Source: Phoronis australis
Lineage: Eukaryota > Animalia > Phoronida
Reading direction: 5' to 3'
DNA: 37,961 nt
Assembly (NCBI GenBank): GCA_002633005.1
Contig: NMRA01000092.1
Span: 370,464-408,424, forward strand
Below, one piece after another: positions 34,566 through 37,961 of this stretch. Within the stretch, counting starts at the first letter, position 1, and every line of letters begins with the position of its first letter. The position numbers and the translations under genes were made by a program. The notes beneath the pieces are model-generated. The model was not told where the DNA came from. It saw only the letters and a program-made list of their open reading frames with translations, and ran no database searches.

Positions 34566-37290
34566 GTAAGTTCTATGTGATTGAAGACACGTGTGTAATG
34601 GTGATTGTTGTCGTAAGGGTCGGTGGTGTATGGAAAAGGAGCAACAAGATTGTTAAAAACGGTTTGACCGTATACCTATACACATATGTCATTGTACGTG
34701 TGCATAAACTTTTCAACCCGAGACAAGAATCGTCTTCATGTAGAATCGATGTTACCCTCAAATGGAAAATGACAGCTCATCAACAATATCTTTTAAACAG
34801 TTCATGAAGAAAGTACCATGTTGCAACGTCTGCTACAGAGTTATACACTTTCCATTGGAAGGGAATTTCCAAAAAAATCACAAAATCCACGATTTTTGAA
34901 ATAAGCGCGAAGGAAAAACTCTGTATTCACCACAGAGTTTCTAATCTCCCTCTCTCTTATGATAAATGTGCGCATGCGCTCACAATCATTTGACAAACAG
35001 CTGACTTCCAAGATGGATATTAACGGCTGATTATCATGTGTGATCGCACTCCGAATCTGAGATCGACGGCACAGCATGAGGCAATCCAGTGTAGAGAGTA
35101 GTTTTTCAAAAATATTTCCGAGTGCATTTTAGAATATATTTGAATACTATGATATTGTATAACTAACTTTTAACAGTTAGGACTTACATCAATTGCTTCT
35201 TAATCAAACTGGCTGCTGCTTGAAGTTGTTTTGTTTGCATCAAAGATCAAAGGTCAAATTTCTATGGAAATGTGGTACATCTATGTCTTACCATGCCAAA
35301 ATAAGGAGACGTGCTTTGTCTTGTGGGGGGATCGACAAAGGGACGAGCAGTTGACACATCGCTTCTAAAATTACAAACTAAGAGAAAAATGCCTTGATAC
35401 TTGGTGAACAGGTCAAATTCTGTGTTAGTGACAGAACCATTGTAATTTAATGTTTTTTTCACGTTCCAGGCCTCTTTAAATAATAACGCAAATTTCACAA
35501 TGGCGTCATAGTTGTTTACTTGTAAATTTGAATTGATTACTTCTCATCTTAGTTTATTTACAACAAGTAAACTTTTTCCCAATCACAACAACATAATACA
35601 GTCGTCATCTAGTGAAATGCAGCGTAGCTATCGTGATCTTGAATTGGCACACTTTTGAGAACGGCAAGGTGTATTCTTATTCGACGCTATTTAAGCTAAA
35701 ATAGGTAAAAACGTCGGCGACCCGCTGATTTTTCTAATTTCATTGAGAACACGAGGGCTATTAACCTGAAACATTAAAGCAAAAATTCTAGAGGGGAAAC
35801 TTCTAGTGTGAAAGCCTATTAAAATGAAAAAATATTATTCAACATGTAAAAAACACTAGTAAACCGGGAAATAATATTAAAACAGTTAAAACATAGTAGT
35901 GACATCGTGCAATGAAATTAAACCATTTTCAAAGGATTTCAGTCACCGGTTTAATTGGAGGTGATTTTTAGTAGCCTACGTAAATGTGACGTTTTGTGCC
36001 ATTGTTTTTTTAGCTGTGATCCTGTTGTGACAAATACTGTCACACTGTGACCCGGGCATATACACCCACTTTGTTTCGCAGATTTGTAGTGGGCAAAGAC
36101 CGCAGTTTGAATAATATAATAAAAAATCAAGTGATAGATTAAAACTGTGTTGAACCCCTTTAAACAGATTTTCTTTTTCAGCGCAAACTGAAACTGAAAC
36201 GAAAAGATCTTCAAAATGCGCGACTTCTGAACGCTAGAACAATTAGTGAACTCACGCGCAGGGAAACGGTCCTATAAGTGAAGCAGAGACCTCCAATATA
36301 CTCACAACCAATGATAATAACGCACCCATTGAGTGGTGAAGCGAGGCGATATCCATACAGCGACTTCATGCTTATAATCTATAGGAGAAACTTCACAGTG
36401 TTGCCCAAGGTTGGAGATCGTCGGCCTTCGCAAAGTTCTTTGCAGAATGTCCAAGCCGTCCTAAACAGTGGATTAAACTGGCTGGATACTGGTGGAAATG
36501 AAGTGCTGACCATAGGATTTTGTAGAATATCCTCGCAAATTTCCACTCACATAATGAGTTTTAGTCCCTACTGAGAAATTTTCGAAAATGTGCTGTGACG
36601 GTGTGACCGACTGCATAAGGGCTTTTGCATAGGAAGCGGAGGAGCAAGCGCTTCTTTCATGAAGTGGGTGCAGTGCCCCTCACTGAAGTAACCAGAAAAA
36701 AGTATCAGTTGAATCATTTTGCAGTCATTTTCCTCAACAGACAGGCAACTGCTTGCTTAAGCTGGTGACGGAAGCAGTCACACCAAGATGGTTCTCGACA
36801 CGATTTCAAAAATTCGGGTGAGCGGAAAAAGCGAGTGGAAACTCGCGACACCAACAAAGACAGTTTCGGTACGATCTGGAAAACAGCAAAAACGAGTAAT
36901 TTTGTACAATCTGGCCAAGTAAGAACGCCGTGGATAGTGTCCTATTGAACTTTGACTTCGGCCCAAGTTCATGCGTCCATGATTTCTGACCATTCTGTGG
37001 TGCGACGGGTTCTTCACCTGCCAAGTTATTGGCGAAACTTCGGAACGACTGGGAAGCGAAAAAGACGTGTGCCAGTGCTCACATCTGAATAGCATACTCA
37101 TATAGCGATTTTGAATTGCTTTTTAAAGTTGTAATTAAACAATTTTTACTTTCGTTTTCTCTTATTGAATCGTCTGTATTTTTAAAAACACCTAGCTACA
37201 ATTAGAACAATGAAAGTATTGGATTAATATAGTTTCGTGTATCTTAATTTCGGACAACTTCCTTATGTTACAGCATACGCACGCATTTAA

Positions 37291-37961
37291 AGAGGAAATT
37301 GCAAGGTCCAAACCAATCTGAACAACAATATGGTCTAAATTCTAGTTTATAATTATCATTGCTATATTCTTAACATTAACTGAATTGTATGCCGCTATAC
37401 AAAGTTATTTACAAATTTAGTGCCGTGATGTTGTAACGCCATCGTTGTAACGGAGAATAGAAACGGCGCCATTTTCGTTCGTTACACATCTGTGACGTGG
37501 TGTTGGGAACACAAAGGAAGCAATGTGTGTACAAGTGAGTACAGCAGCGTAGATGAGTAATACTTTGAACGATACAGGGACGGACAGGTGGACTTTTCAG
37601 ATGATTCCGACCTTTCGGACGTGGAGGTGGAGGTGACAGATCCCAGAGGAACGATATGTGTTCACAGCTTTTCTGTAGTGGAGCCGTTCTCCCTCGATCC
37701 CTTTCACGGCCCTTTCTCTGGTCGCCGAAGACTCACTGCCAGCAGGTTCGTCCTGTGAACGTCAACAGGCTGAAGGTGCGCAGGAGTTGCGATTAGATGT
37801 TAGTGATTGGTAAGAATATTATCAATATGTATCCTACAACCGCGAATTATAACTTGGTCTTTTTTAATTCAAAAGTAGGTGCTTTACCAGTCAGTCCCAG
37901 GCGCCCGTATCCCCATTGGTGAATCGTGTTTCAGCCGTGGATAAATACCAGTTTCAGTGAT
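37291..37961. mobile_element. Possible left part of a third Kolobok-type element running off the window
   Basis: TTAA|AGAGGAAATTGCAAGG, then an acidic remnant DFSDDSDLSDVEVEVTD and VEPFSLDP. The partner TIR is not in the window. Confidence 0.35.

Noticed and set aside
34840-37100. Several 67-107-aa ORFs
   Set aside because: No motifs and no coherent exon chain; probably decayed repeats.
37601-37636. Last channel exon (ttttcag|ATG ATT CCG..., MIPTFRTWRWR*)
   Set aside because: It lies inside a probable transposon remnant that reads better as an acidic tract in another frame, and has no independent support.

Overview
Repeat-rich, intron-containing eukaryotic DNA, most likely from an invertebrate animal; the species cannot be determined from the sequence. 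Two genes are supportable. (1) An intronless 721-aa type I membrane protein on the minus strand (1424-3589): signal peptide, YWTD-like beta-propeller, Sushi/CCP domain, one transmembrane helix, and a cytoplasmic C-terminus that resembles the dynein heavy-chain microtubule-binding stalk tip. (2) A spliced plus-strand gene that I assembled by hand from 8 exons (23663-34565, 378 aa, all junctions GT-AG and phase 0). It encodes a Cys-less (Pro-loop, prokaryote-like) pentameric ligand-gated ion channel subunit; its 3' end is uncertain. The rest is transposon debris: two complete TTAA-flanked Kolobok-type non-autonomous elements (one with a THAP remnant) and a probable third, a decayed DD35D pogo transposase with a PHD finger, a duplicated THAP-bearing element, a MITE with a 9-bp target site duplication (TSD), many palindromic MITEs, LTR-like repeats and minisatellites. 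All domain calls come from motif recognition by eye; no searches were run. One ambiguous base (n) lies at 24833.
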